A stretch of DNA of 64,000 nucleotides from contig QPMI01000254.1 of the NCBI GenBank assembly GCA_004431415.1, forward strand, positions 1-64,000, read 5' to 3'. The notes beneath the pieces are model-generated. The model ran no database searches. It saw only the letters and a list, made by a program, of their open reading frames with translations, and was not told where the DNA came from. Position numbers and translations under genes: made by a program. Source of the stretch: Cyanophora paradoxa CCMP329 (Eukaryota > Plantae > Glaucophyta). Numbering within the stretch: position 1 is the stretch's first letter; each line of letters opens with the position of its first letter. Below, one piece after another: positions 1 to 9,794 of the stretch.

Positions 1-763
1 AAGCGGTGTTCCACGAGGGCCTCGAGGCCCTCGTGCTGCGCTTCGTCGAGGAGGCGGAGCTGCTCCTCAACACGCGCCCCGAGCACCTCGACTCCCGCAA
101 CGAGCACCTCCAGTTCATCGAGGCCGCCAACATGCACGCCCTCCAGGTGCACGAAGCTGGGCTCACGCGGGGGCGCGCCCCCGGCGGGCGCTCACGTGCG
201 GGCAGCCGGGGATCGCGCGGTTCGCGGGGCTGCTGGTGGACGAGGGCCACGGCCGCCTCGCCGCCTTCAGCACCCTCCAGGTCCGCGGCAGCCGGTCTCG
301 TCGAGGCGCTCGAATCGAAGCGCCGACGCCGGCCGGGGCGCAGAGCGCGATGTTCGGGGCCGTCTGCGCCCTCCTCGTCCTCGAGTACTTCTTCGTCTTC
401 CGCGTGCGCCCCGCCCGCCACGCCCCGCCCCGCCCCGCCCCGCCCCGCCCGGCGGCCCCCGACACGGGCGCCCCGCAGCGGATCATCTCGAACCTGACGG
501 ACGAGACGCGGCGGACGGTCTTCATGTTCCTCATGGCCCGCCCCGCCCCGCCCGTGCCCCCGCCCCGCCTCCCTGACCCCGGGCCGCCCCGCCCCGCCCA
601 CCCCGCAGCTGCCGCCGGACGTGATCGAGGCGACCAACTCGATCAAGGCGCACCTCTACCGCCTCATCTCCAGGCCCGCCCCCGCCCCCGCGGCCGCCGC
701 CTCCCGCCCGCCCCGCCTCCTCACGCTGTCCCGTCCCGCAGTATGAACACCGCGGAGGCGTGA
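1..763 (+). CDS. 3' end of a multi-pass membrane protein, TmcB/TmcC (tiny macrocysts)-like C-terminus; partial, 4 introns
   Basis: Spliced reading ...HEGLEALVLRFVEE...HALQ|PGIARFAGLLVDEGHGRLAAFSTLQ|SAMFGAVCALLVLEYFFVFR|RIISNLTDETRRTVFMFLM|LPPDVIEATNSIKAHLYRLIS|SMNTAEA*. A TM helix followed by the L.DE..RT..M.LMLP.DVI pattern recalled from this family. Two GT-AG and two GC-AG introns (GC donors at 536 and 674). Confidence 0.6.
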   Translation, partial: SGVPRGPRGPRAALRRGGGAAPQHAPRAPRLPQRAPPVHRGRQHARPPGARSWAHAGARPRRALTCGQPGIARFAGLLVDEGHGRLAAFSTLQVRGSRSRRGARIEAPTPAGAQSAMFGAVCALLVLEYFFVFRVRPARHAPPRPAPPRPAAPDTGAPQRIISNLTDETRRTVFMFLMARPAPPVPPPRLPDPGPPRPAHPAAAAGRDRGDQLDQGAPLPPHLQARPRPRGRRLPPAPPPHAVPSRSMNTAEA

Positions 764-1024
764 GCGCCGCAGCTTCGCGCCTTCGGCTCGATAATTGTCT
801 CTAGTGCAAGCGTTTGTCTCTTTGCATAGTTTTCTTTTTGCGTATTTGCGGGTGCCTACAATACTTCTTTTCATGCTTATGATTGAGGGTCTCTTTTTGT
901 TTTCGTGTAGTGCACACGCGAGACCCTCCGAGATTCTGCCCTGTACATGTAGTACAAGCGTGAGATTTCCGTGTTCTGCAGTCCGCGCGCCACGCCTTGA
1001 AACTCCGTCTTCCCCCTGCATCAT

Positions 1025-2077
1025 TCGGTGAAGGAGCAGAGGAGGCACGAAGCTAACCGCTACAGTGTCTCTGTCTACTGTGTCTCTGTCCACTGTGCTC
1101 TGCCGTCGTGCTGACGGGAAGCCGCCGGCGCCGGGGTTCTCGGACGCCCGGGGGTCGAAGCTAAGCCGCCGTGCACGTGCCGACAACCCGCCGGGGTCCG
1201 GTGCGCGCCTTAAATCTGCTAAAGACGCCATCCTACCTACAGAGAGTGACCGCTGGCTAACTCACCCTAGCACATGCTATTTCTCACGCATCGGTGAGGT
1301 TTGACGGACGAAAGTTTGGACGAAAGTTGAGGTTTGACGGACGAAAGTTTGGACGAAAGTTGAGGTTTGACGGACGAAAGTTTGGACGAAAGTTGAGGTT
1401 TGGACGAAAGTTGGACGAAAGTTGAGGTTTGGACGAAAGTTGGACGAAAGTTGGACGAAAGTACTAGTTGGACGAAAGTTGGACGATTCACGATTGCAGT
1501 ACCCCTTCACGCCCGCAGAACGGACAGCTGCAGGGCCCTGCGCGAGCCGGCTACGCCGACCACGCAGGGCAGCACTCACATTGGGCACCAGTGCGCCCCC
1601 TTCGTCTTCGATTTCGCATGTTTTCTATAATTAATTTGATTTCGCGCGCGGCGTCGCGCATGCGCAGGCGATCCGCACGGATTGCGATGGCCCCAGTACC
1701 CCAGCTTCGATCCGACGCGGCGCGATGCGGCTCCACCTTACGCACCTTCGGGAGCGGGGGAGGCCCCCCGGTACCGGTCTCCCGGTCCGGGGCCCGTGGG
1801 GGTTCCGGCCCCCTCGGGCAGTATTCCTCTCCCTTAGCGGCCAGTCCGTGGCGGGAACGGGCGAGCCTCCGGGCACGGCCCGCACCTCTGATCTTCCGAT
1901 CTTAAGCACGTAGGGTAAGTAGACCTAGGGTTTCGATCTCGAGCTTCGGCATTCGATTTCGATTTTCGACGTCGCTTGCCCATCTGACTGAGCCCATGGA
2001 TTCGACCGGCGGCCCACTGCTAGCCAAACAGCTACTAGGGCTAGTCCAGATGTCGTTGGTCGTCTCTGAAATGCATC
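1025..2077 (+). repeat. Internally deleted duplicate of 38772-40789 (cyclase 5' end, minisatellite and downstream block), flanked by the direct repeat TGCATCATTC
   Basis: 1025-1045 = 38772-38792; 1044-~1565 matches 39114-~39612; ~1569-2077 matches ~40290-40789. TGCATCATTC occurs at 1017-1026 and 2072-2081. Confidence 0.9.
1296..1486. repeat. Minisatellite built on GGACGAAAGTT: three 33-bp higher-order units, then shorter 29/11-bp units
   Basis: GAGGTTTGACGGACGAAAGTTTGGACGAAAGTT x3, followed by GGACGAAAGTT iterations. Confidence 0.95.
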
Positions 2078-2514
2078 ATTCATCATCCAATCCGCGTCCA
2101 TTCATTGCATTAAGCTTCGCCTGTGACATCGTTTGTCGGCGTGCGATCGCTGGGTCAGTAGCCTGGTAGCACAGCTGCAGATCTAGAGGCAGGCCTAGGG
2201 ACTCTACTAGGGAGCCCCGCCCCGTGCTACTTGGCGCTGGCAGCCTGGCAGGTCGATACGTACGCGCGATCGATATATATCGATTGAAATCTTGTGTCCT
2301 TTACAAATATAAATATAACAATAAGCATTTTGTAGCTTTAGCTTCGCCGAGCGACGTCGACCGGATTCGAATTCTGTTCAGTTTGCAATTGCGTACATGT
2401 ACAAGAATTTACACGAGTCGAACTCCCTTATCATTACAGATGCGTGCGCCGCGCGACCGGCACCCGCGCTAGCCTGGGCCAGGGGCAACGCCCGGGGGCC
2501 GGCGGCGGCGGCGC

Positions 2515-4140
2515 TCAGTTGACGAGGGAGCGCTGGAGCGGCTGCAGGAGGTACCTGTGGAGCGCGTCGACGTCCCGGGCGTCATCAGCGGGCTGGGCCG
2601 GCGCGAGCGGCGAGAGCGCCGGCGGGGGCGGACTTGTTGAGCTTGCCCTGCGAGCGCTTCTCCGTCGCGCCGCTGTCGTCGAGCACGTTCACCTCCTCCA
2701 GCATCCCGTTGAACTCCACCAGCGCGTCCATCTGCCGGGGCTTTCAAGGGGGCGGGGGGGGGGGGGGGGGGGGGGGGGAGGGGGCGCGGGCGGGCCTGGC
2801 GGTCGGAGGCGCGGTCGACGGCGCGCTGCGAGGTGGCGGCCTGCAGGCGGGGCCGGAGGGAGCGGGCGAGCAGCACGCGGCTGCGGAAGGCGATGAGGCC
2901 CTTCTGGAACACCGTCGGCGTGTGCCGGTAGCTGTAGTTGTCCCGCGCCTGCCCCGCCAAGCGCGCCCGAGGCCGGCTCAGGGCGGGGCGCGCGGAATCG
3001 AAGGGGAGGGGGCGAGGGGGACGGGGGGGGGGGGGGGGGGGGGGGGGGGGCGGGCCTGGCCGGCCTCGTAGTTGAGCTCGCCGCAGAAGGAGTTGAGGAC
3101 GCGGAGCCAGGTGCGGAAGCGGGCGTAGCGGGCGACGACCGCGGCGAGGAGGCTGTAGGGGGCGGCCGCCTGGCCCGAGGGGACGATGGCGCGGCGCGCC
3201 GCCTCCTGCTCGGCCTCGATCTCCAGGCAGAGGCGCTCGGCCTGGAGCGCGAGGAGCGTCCCCAGCGAGTCGTAGAGCTGGCCCCACGAGCGCTTCGCCA
3301 GCTTCTTGACGATCTTGGCGATCGTCGCGCTCGTGTCGGCGCTCGGCCCCACGCCGTCCCCGTCCACGTGCGTCGCGATCTCGATGAACGCGTCGCTGAG
3401 GTAGTCCTGCACGCCCCCCCGCGCCCCCTGAGCCCCGCCGCGCCGCGCAAGCTGAGAGGGGCACGCGCACCCATCCCTTCGCGAGCTCCGCCCAGCCGTC
3501 CGACACGCGCCGCATGAGGTGCCCGTACGCGCACAGGTAGCGCCTGCCGCGGCCCGCGGGTCAGCGGGCGCTCGCTGGCGGCGGCGGCGCGGCGGCGCGG
3601 CGGCGCGCCAGTGCGGGGTGCCGTCCGCGTCGAGGAGCGGTGTCTGAACACCGCAGTACTTCTGCACGTCCGCCGCGACCAGCGGCTTCCAGAGCTCCTT
3701 CCTCGCGGCGACGGCGCTCCAGACGAGGCTGACTCGCGCGGCGCGGCACAGGGACTTCGCGTCGAGGTGGGAGAAGACGATGGCAATCTGCGCGGCAGCG
3801 TACGCGCGTCAGCGGTCGCGCCCCGATCCGGGGCCGCGTGTACGTGATATCCCCGAGTGCTCCGGCGCACCAGGTCCGGCGGCAGGTCGTTGATCGTGGC
3901 CCCGTCGTCGTCGTCGTCCGCCTCCGGCTCGCAGGCCTCGAAGAGGTCCGAGAGGTCATCGCTGGCCGAAGGCGGCTCGCAGTTGCTGCCTTCGCTTCGA
4001 CGCTTCTTCGCCGGGGAGCCCGCGAGAGAGGGCGCCGGCAGCCGAAGGAGCGGGGCCGGCGCTGGGAGGAGCTTCGGCGCCTCCTCGAGTGAGATCGACA
4101 AGAAGCCCGGGAAGGCGAAGGAAAGCCGAGGCACGGCCAT
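2515..4140 (-). CDS. F-box protein with a C-terminal cullin-repeat-like helical domain; 6 introns
   Basis: F-box TINDLPPDL|IAIVFSHLDAKSLCRAARVSLVWSAVAARKELW. Later LYDSLGTLL...LLAAVVARYARFRTWLRVLNSFCGELN...TPTVFQKGLIAFRSRV resembles cullin repeat 1. Frames join across GT/GC-AG introns. Confidence 0.7.
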
Positions 4141-4286
4141 TGGCACTGCGGCGCTGCGGCGCTGCGGAGCCGCACTGCGGTTTGGGGAGTACAGCATTTC
4201 GGGAGTGGGTTCGGCGGTTAGGTGCACAGGGGCAAGCAGGCCTGGCTTAGATAGGTTTTCGGCAGTCGGTGTCGGTGGCAGCCGCG

Positions 4287-7200
4287 ATGAATTCAAAATC
4301 GCCGCCGCCGGCGCCTGCGGCCGTCGGTCTGGCTGCAGCTCTCGACGCCGACACGGAGCCCGCAACACCGCATATCATATCCCGCAGCGTGCGCGCCCCC
4401 GGCCGCCCCCGACTGCTTCCCGCGCCCGCGCGCCGCGGCCATGCGCGCCCCGCGGGCTAGGTCTGAGTCCATCATCTCGCGCGCAGGGCACCTCTCCCGC
4501 CGTGAGCCGGATCGCGGTGCGAATCCCGAGCCGCGCCCGCCTCGCGAGTCGCGCTAACGGGCGGCGCAGAGCCGCTCGTCGTCGCTCGCGTCCGGGCTGG
4601 ACGACCTGGTGCGCCTGGACCGGTCTCTCTTCGACGCGATGCCCGCCGTGCAGCTCCCCAGCGCCGTCGCCGCCGCCGGCAGCTACTCCCTCGTCCAACT
4701 CGAGAGCGCCCCGCCCGGGGTCTGGAAGCTGAAGGACGGAGGCGGCAGCAGCGCCAGCAGCGCCGCGCCCTCCGCGGGGCCCAGCCCGGCCGCCTTCGCT
4801 CGCGGCGCCGGCCCCTCGCCGGCGCCGCGGAACGCGGCGCCGGAGGCCGGCCGGGCCGCGGAGGAAGAGGATGGGAGGCCATCCCGTCGGCGCTGCCGCC
4901 GCCGGACGCGCCGTACGCGGCCACGGACGACGACGAGAGCGACGACGAGGGCTACGCGCTCGCCCCCGCCGCCGCAGCGCTCTCGACCGCGCCGCCCGCC
5001 TCCGCCGCCGCCGCCCCGCCGCCGGTCGCGCCGCCGGCGCCGCGGGCCGCCCCTGCCGCCTCGCCGCGGGCGCTGGCGCCTGGGGACCCGCTGGACACGA
5101 GCACGCTCTCGTGCGACCCGCCGACGGCGCCGGGCCCGTCGCCGGAGCCGTCGCCGCAGGGGCCGCGGGCGCGGCCGCCGCGGTCGCCACTGGGGTCGCC
5201 GATCGAGTTCGAGGAGGAGGAGAGCGCGGCGATCGAGCTGGAGGGCGGCGGGGGCGGGGAGGGGGCGGCGGGGCCGGACGAGAACGCGCGGCACTCGCGG
5301 CTGCGCTACATGCTCTGCTCGCCGCCCTCGTCGCCCCGCATCGACTTCCCCGCGGACTCCTACGCCGTCCGCGACCAGCTCCGCCGCTTCGGCGCACGCC
5401 TCAAGGGCCTCCGCCGCGGCGAGATCTCTGTGCGCGCCCGTACCCCCCTCCCTTCTCCCCCTCCCTCACCCGGGGTACAGCACGCGGAGATGCTGCTGGG
5501 GGAGAGCGGGGAGACGACGGACTGGGCGCTGGGGGCCTCCCCGCAGCAGCCGCCGCGCCCGCCCGTCGCCCTGCAGAGCACGGGCCCCGAGATCACGCTC
5601 AGCTCGGACGACGAGGCGATGTGGCGCGCCCAGGCGGCGGCGGGGCGCGCGGCGGCCCTCGGGCAGGAGAGCGCGACGGCCTCCTTCCTGATCTCGCTCG
5701 GGGGCGAGCCCAGCGCCGCCTCGGACGCGGCATTCGGGCCCTACGTCGGCGAGGGCGGCGGCGGGGACGACACGGCGCCCTCGCCCTCCCCCGGCGCCAG
5801 CCCCGTCCCGGGCTTCCCCCCCGGCCCGCCCCCGCCCCTCGCCCGCGGCCACCCGACCGTGAACGCCCCGCGCCTCCTCCCGCTGCGGAGCCCCGGCCCG
5901 CAGCAGCCGCAGCAGCCGCAGCCGCCGGTGGACCCGCGGTCGCCGGGGCCGGGGGCGCCCCCCACGGGGCTCTCGGTGGCCTCGACGGCCTCGTCGCGGC
6001 CGCGGCGCGCCCTCGACTTCCGGCCCCGCTCCCTCTCCGACCTCCCCGACTCGGTCCGCCCCCCCGCCCCCGCCCCTCTCTGCCCCGTCTTCCGCCCTGA
6101 CGCGCCTCCGGCAGATCCTGGTGCGGGTGCTGCGGCTGCTGCCGAAGCGGCAGCTGCTGGGGAGCGCGGCGCGCGTCTGCCGCCGCTGGCACGGCCTCGC
6201 CTACGCCCCCGAGCTCTGGGCCCGCCTCTCCATCTACGACGACGGCGGCGTATGCCCTACCCCCCGTCGCCCTTCTCCCTCCTCGCGCCCTGAGGCCGCT
6301 CTCAGCGGCGGCCGGCGCGCGGGGCCGGGGCCGGCGAGGCGGCGGCGGAGACCTCCGCGGTCCCCGAGGGCGACGCCGACTCCGACTTCGGCGACTCCTT
6401 CGAGGTCCGCTGTACCCCCCTTCCCCTCCCCTCCCCCCCCCCCCCCCCCCCCCCCCCGCCCCTCCCCCCCTGAGCGGGGGGCAGCTGGACGTGAGCGAGC
6501 TGGACCTCTCGGTGGGCCCCTCGGACATGGGCACCCCGGCGCGCCCCGGCACCCGCGGCCCCGCGGGGGGCCCCTGGCTCGGCGCCGAGGACCCCGCGGC
6601 GGACGAGGAGGCGGAGGAGCGGGACGACCCGGTGCCGATGAGCCGGGCGCCGGACCTGATCACGCGGCTGGGGACGGCCAACGCGGTGGCGCACCTGGAC
6701 GTCTCGCGGGCGATGAACGCCGCCGACGTCTACCTCCTCGTCGTGCTCGTCAAGAGCCTGCCCCGCCTCGAGGCCGTCACCCTGGGCCCCGCCGCCGACC
6801 CCGCCGCCCTGCACGACTGCGTCGTCGTCCTCTCCGCGCAGCTCGGGCCCCGCCTCGCCTCCCTCTGCCTGCGCGGCCCCCCCGGGCTCGCCTTCCTCGC
6901 CCAGGACATGGCCCCCGCGCTGCACTCCCTCGCGGAGCGGGCGGAGTGGAGCCTCCCCTCGCTGCGCTCGCTGGCCCTCGCCTGCCCCGTCCACGCCGAC
7001 ACCCTCGCCCGCCTCCTCGCGCGGGCCCCCGCCCTCACCTCCCTCCGCTGCCCCGCACTCGTCCTCCCCGCCTCCGCCTCCCCCGACTCGCCCTTCGGGA
7101 GCCCCCTGGCCGGGGCGGGCGGGGCGGGCGGGGCGGGCCTGGAGCCCGGGGAGGCGCTGCTGGCGGGGATCGCGCGGCTCTGCCCGGGCCTCGCCCGCCT

Positions 7201-9683
7201 CTCCCTCGCCCTCGTCCTCGAGTCCGCCCCCGCCATGCGCGCCCGCCTCGACCGCCTCCGCGCCTCCAGGCCCGCCCCGCCCCCGCCCCGCCGCAGCGGC
7301 CCGCGCTCGCACCCCCCGCTCACTCCCCTCGCCGCAGTGAGTTCCTGGCGCGGAGCAGCGCGGGCGGGGCGGCGGCGCTGGGCTCCCTGCTGGACCGCTC
7401 GGGGGCCTCCTCGGAGGGTGCCGCCTCCCTCGCCGCCGCCCTCCTCGCGGCCTCCGCCTCCGAGGCGCCCTCGCCCGCCCCCTCCCCGCCCCGCCCCTCC
7501 GCCCCCGCCTCGGCCGGCCCCGCCAGCCGCCCCGCCTCCGCCCCCGCCACGCCCCGCGACCCCTTCGCCGGCCTCGGGCAGCTCGCCCAGCTGCGGCTGC
7601 GGAGCTGCCCGCTGCGGGGCGGCCCCGCGGCGGCCCTCGCCGCCCGCCTCGAGGTCCTCGACTGCGAGCTGCCGGCGTGCCGCGCCCTCGCGCTGCGCGG
7701 CTGCCCCCGCCTCCGCGCCCTCGCCCTCCGCCCCGCCCCGCTGCTCTCCGAGCTCGCCCTCTCCGACTGCCCCCTGCTCGCCTCGGCCGCCGTGCACGCG
7801 GGGGCCGACGAGGGCGCCACGCTCGCCCTCGCGCTGCGCGGCTGCCCCCGCCTCACCGCCCTCGACGTCCGCCCCGCCCGCCTCCTGCTCGACCTCGAGC
7901 CGGGGGCGCCGCCCCTCCGCCGGGCCGCCCTGGGCCCCGCGAGCGAGGAGCTGCTCCTGCTCCCCGCCCTCCGCTGCGCCCACCGCGTCGCCCTCCTCCC
8001 GCCCCCCGACCTCGTCGCCGCCGTGCCCCCGGCGCGCCGCGTGGACGGCCGCCCCCTGCGGGCGCTGGAGAGCGCTCTGCCGCTGCTGGACGAGCTCGTG
8101 CTCGACGGCGTGCGCCTGGCCGCCCCCTTCACCGCCATCGTCCACGACTCCCTCCGCCGCCTCCGGTGCGCCCCGCCCCTTCCTTCCTTCCTCTGCCCGC
8201 GCCGCTGCCGCCTCACGCGCGGCGCGCGCAGGATCGTGGACTGCGCGTTCGAGAGCGGGGGCCCCTCGCCGGCGCGCCTGGGCGTGCGCTGCCCGCGCCT
8301 GGCCGCGCTCGAGATCGCCCGCCCCTCGTTCGAGGCGCGCTGGGCCGAGGCCGCCAGCCCCGGCCCGCCCCACGCCGCCGCCCCGCCGCCCCGGCCTCGC
8401 TCCCGCGGGGGCCCCGCCCTCGGCGTCGGGCCAGGAGCGAGTGGCGTCCCTCTCGGGGGGCCCGTGGGACGCGCGGCTGGTGCTGGACTGCCCGGCCCTC
8501 GCGGAGCTCGTGCTGGGCGGCTGCCTCGTCTCCGACCGCTGGCTCGCCTCCCTCTTTGAGGCGAACGAGGGCGCCGGGGCCGGGGCCGCCTCGCCGGGGA
8601 GCCCCGGGGGCCCCCTCGTCCACCGCGGCGCCCCGCTCCTCCGCTCCCTCCGCCTCGACGACTGCAACCGTCCGCCCCCAGCGCCCCCGGGGCCGGGCGG
8701 GCGGCCTGACGCGCCCCGCAGTGCTGGCGATGCCGCGTGTGCGGACGCGGCACCTGCGGTGGCTCATGCTGCGCGGCTGCGAGGCGCTGGTGACGGTGCA
8801 CCTGGCGGCCCCCGCGCTTCGCGAGCTCAACCTTCTCGAGCTCCCCGCCTTCGAGGGCAACGAGGTCAGCCCCTCCCATCCCGGCCGCATTCCCCCCTCC
8901 TCTCAGGCTCGTCCGGCAGCTGCTGGCGTCGCTGCGGATCACGTGCCTGCGGGCGCGGGTCGTGCGGCTGCGGGCGTGCATCCGGACGCGCTACGTGGTC
9001 GTCGCCTGCCCCCCCAAGCTCCACACCCTCATCTTCTCCGACCTCCCCGAGCTCCACTACAGCGCGCCCCCTCCTCTTTGCCCCCTTCCTTCGCCGGTTC
9101 CTGACCCGCGCCTTCTCCCCGCGCAGTCACGGTGCACTGGGGCCGGCGCCTGCAGCTGGTGAGCGCGCGGAACTGCCCGAGCCTCTTCGAGATGCGTGTG
9201 GAGGCGCCGGCGGGCTGCCGCGTGGCGGCCTCGGGGTGCCCGCCCGAGCTGGCCCCCGTGCACGACACGGGGGACGGCTCCCTCGCCGCCGCCCGCCCCG
9301 CCCCGCACGCCCCCCGCGGCAGCGGCCTCGGCACGCCCTTCGCAGTCGGCTACGGCATGCAGAGCGTCGAGATGTCCGCCCCGGGCTCCCCGGAGTCCCA
9401 CCCCCGCCGCCGCCCCCGCCGCCCCGCAGGCGACGAGAGCGGCAGCGCGAGCGAGGCCGACACGACGGCGCGCGGGGCCGCCAGCACCGCCCGCGCCGGC
9501 CCCGAGTCCGAGGACGAAGGCGGGGACACGCGGCGGCGGGGCCGGCCGCTGCAGCCGGGCCGCTCGAGCGCCGCGGGGGCGGCGCGGCGGGGCGTGGGCC
9601 TGTACGGGCAGTGCGCGCAGGTCCTCTCGGCGCGGGCCTTCGTCCTCTGCGCCGGCGAGCCCGGCGAGCGCGAGCGCGAGTAG
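4287..9683 (+). CDS. Large F-box/LRR (FBXL-like) protein; multi-exon, some apparent frameshifts
   Basis: F-box SLSDLPDS|ILVRVLRLLPKRQLLGSAARVCRRWHGLAYAPELW; many LxxLxLxxCPxL repeats (LRALALR, LSELALSDCPLL, LDCPALAELVLGGC). Start inferred at ATG 4287 via two in-frame introns. Confidence 0.75.
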
Positions 9684-9794
9684 CCTATAGCTAGGCCCCG
9701 CTCTGGCTCGATTCCATCCTAGCGTCGACGTCCGAGCGGAGCGAGCACACGATGAAATAATGCGAGGCAGGGGAGGGAAAAGCTATGTACAGGG

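Noticed and set aside
1296-1486. GGACGAAAG repeats as a CRISPR array or hammerhead ribozymes
   Set aside because: There are no unique spacers or cas genes. GGACGAAA resembles part of a hammerhead core, but the CTGANGA motif and the stems are absent.
1025-2077. Insertion as a retrocopy of a spliced RNA or a Pack-MULE
   Set aside because: The skipped segments are not bounded by GY...AG on either strand, and there is no poly(A) or terminal inverted repeat.
2445-2472. Hairpin followed by CTAG as a Helitron 3' end
   Set aside because: The GC stem is short, CTAG is common in all intergenic regions here, and there is no Rep/helicase or second copy in the window.
6121-9694. Very long overlapping ORFs on both strands (also 32870-36904, 23600-25639 and others)
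   Set aside because: These Arg/Pro/Ala/Gly-rich translations are expected from stop-codon scarcity at this GC content; the real genes are spliced subsets.
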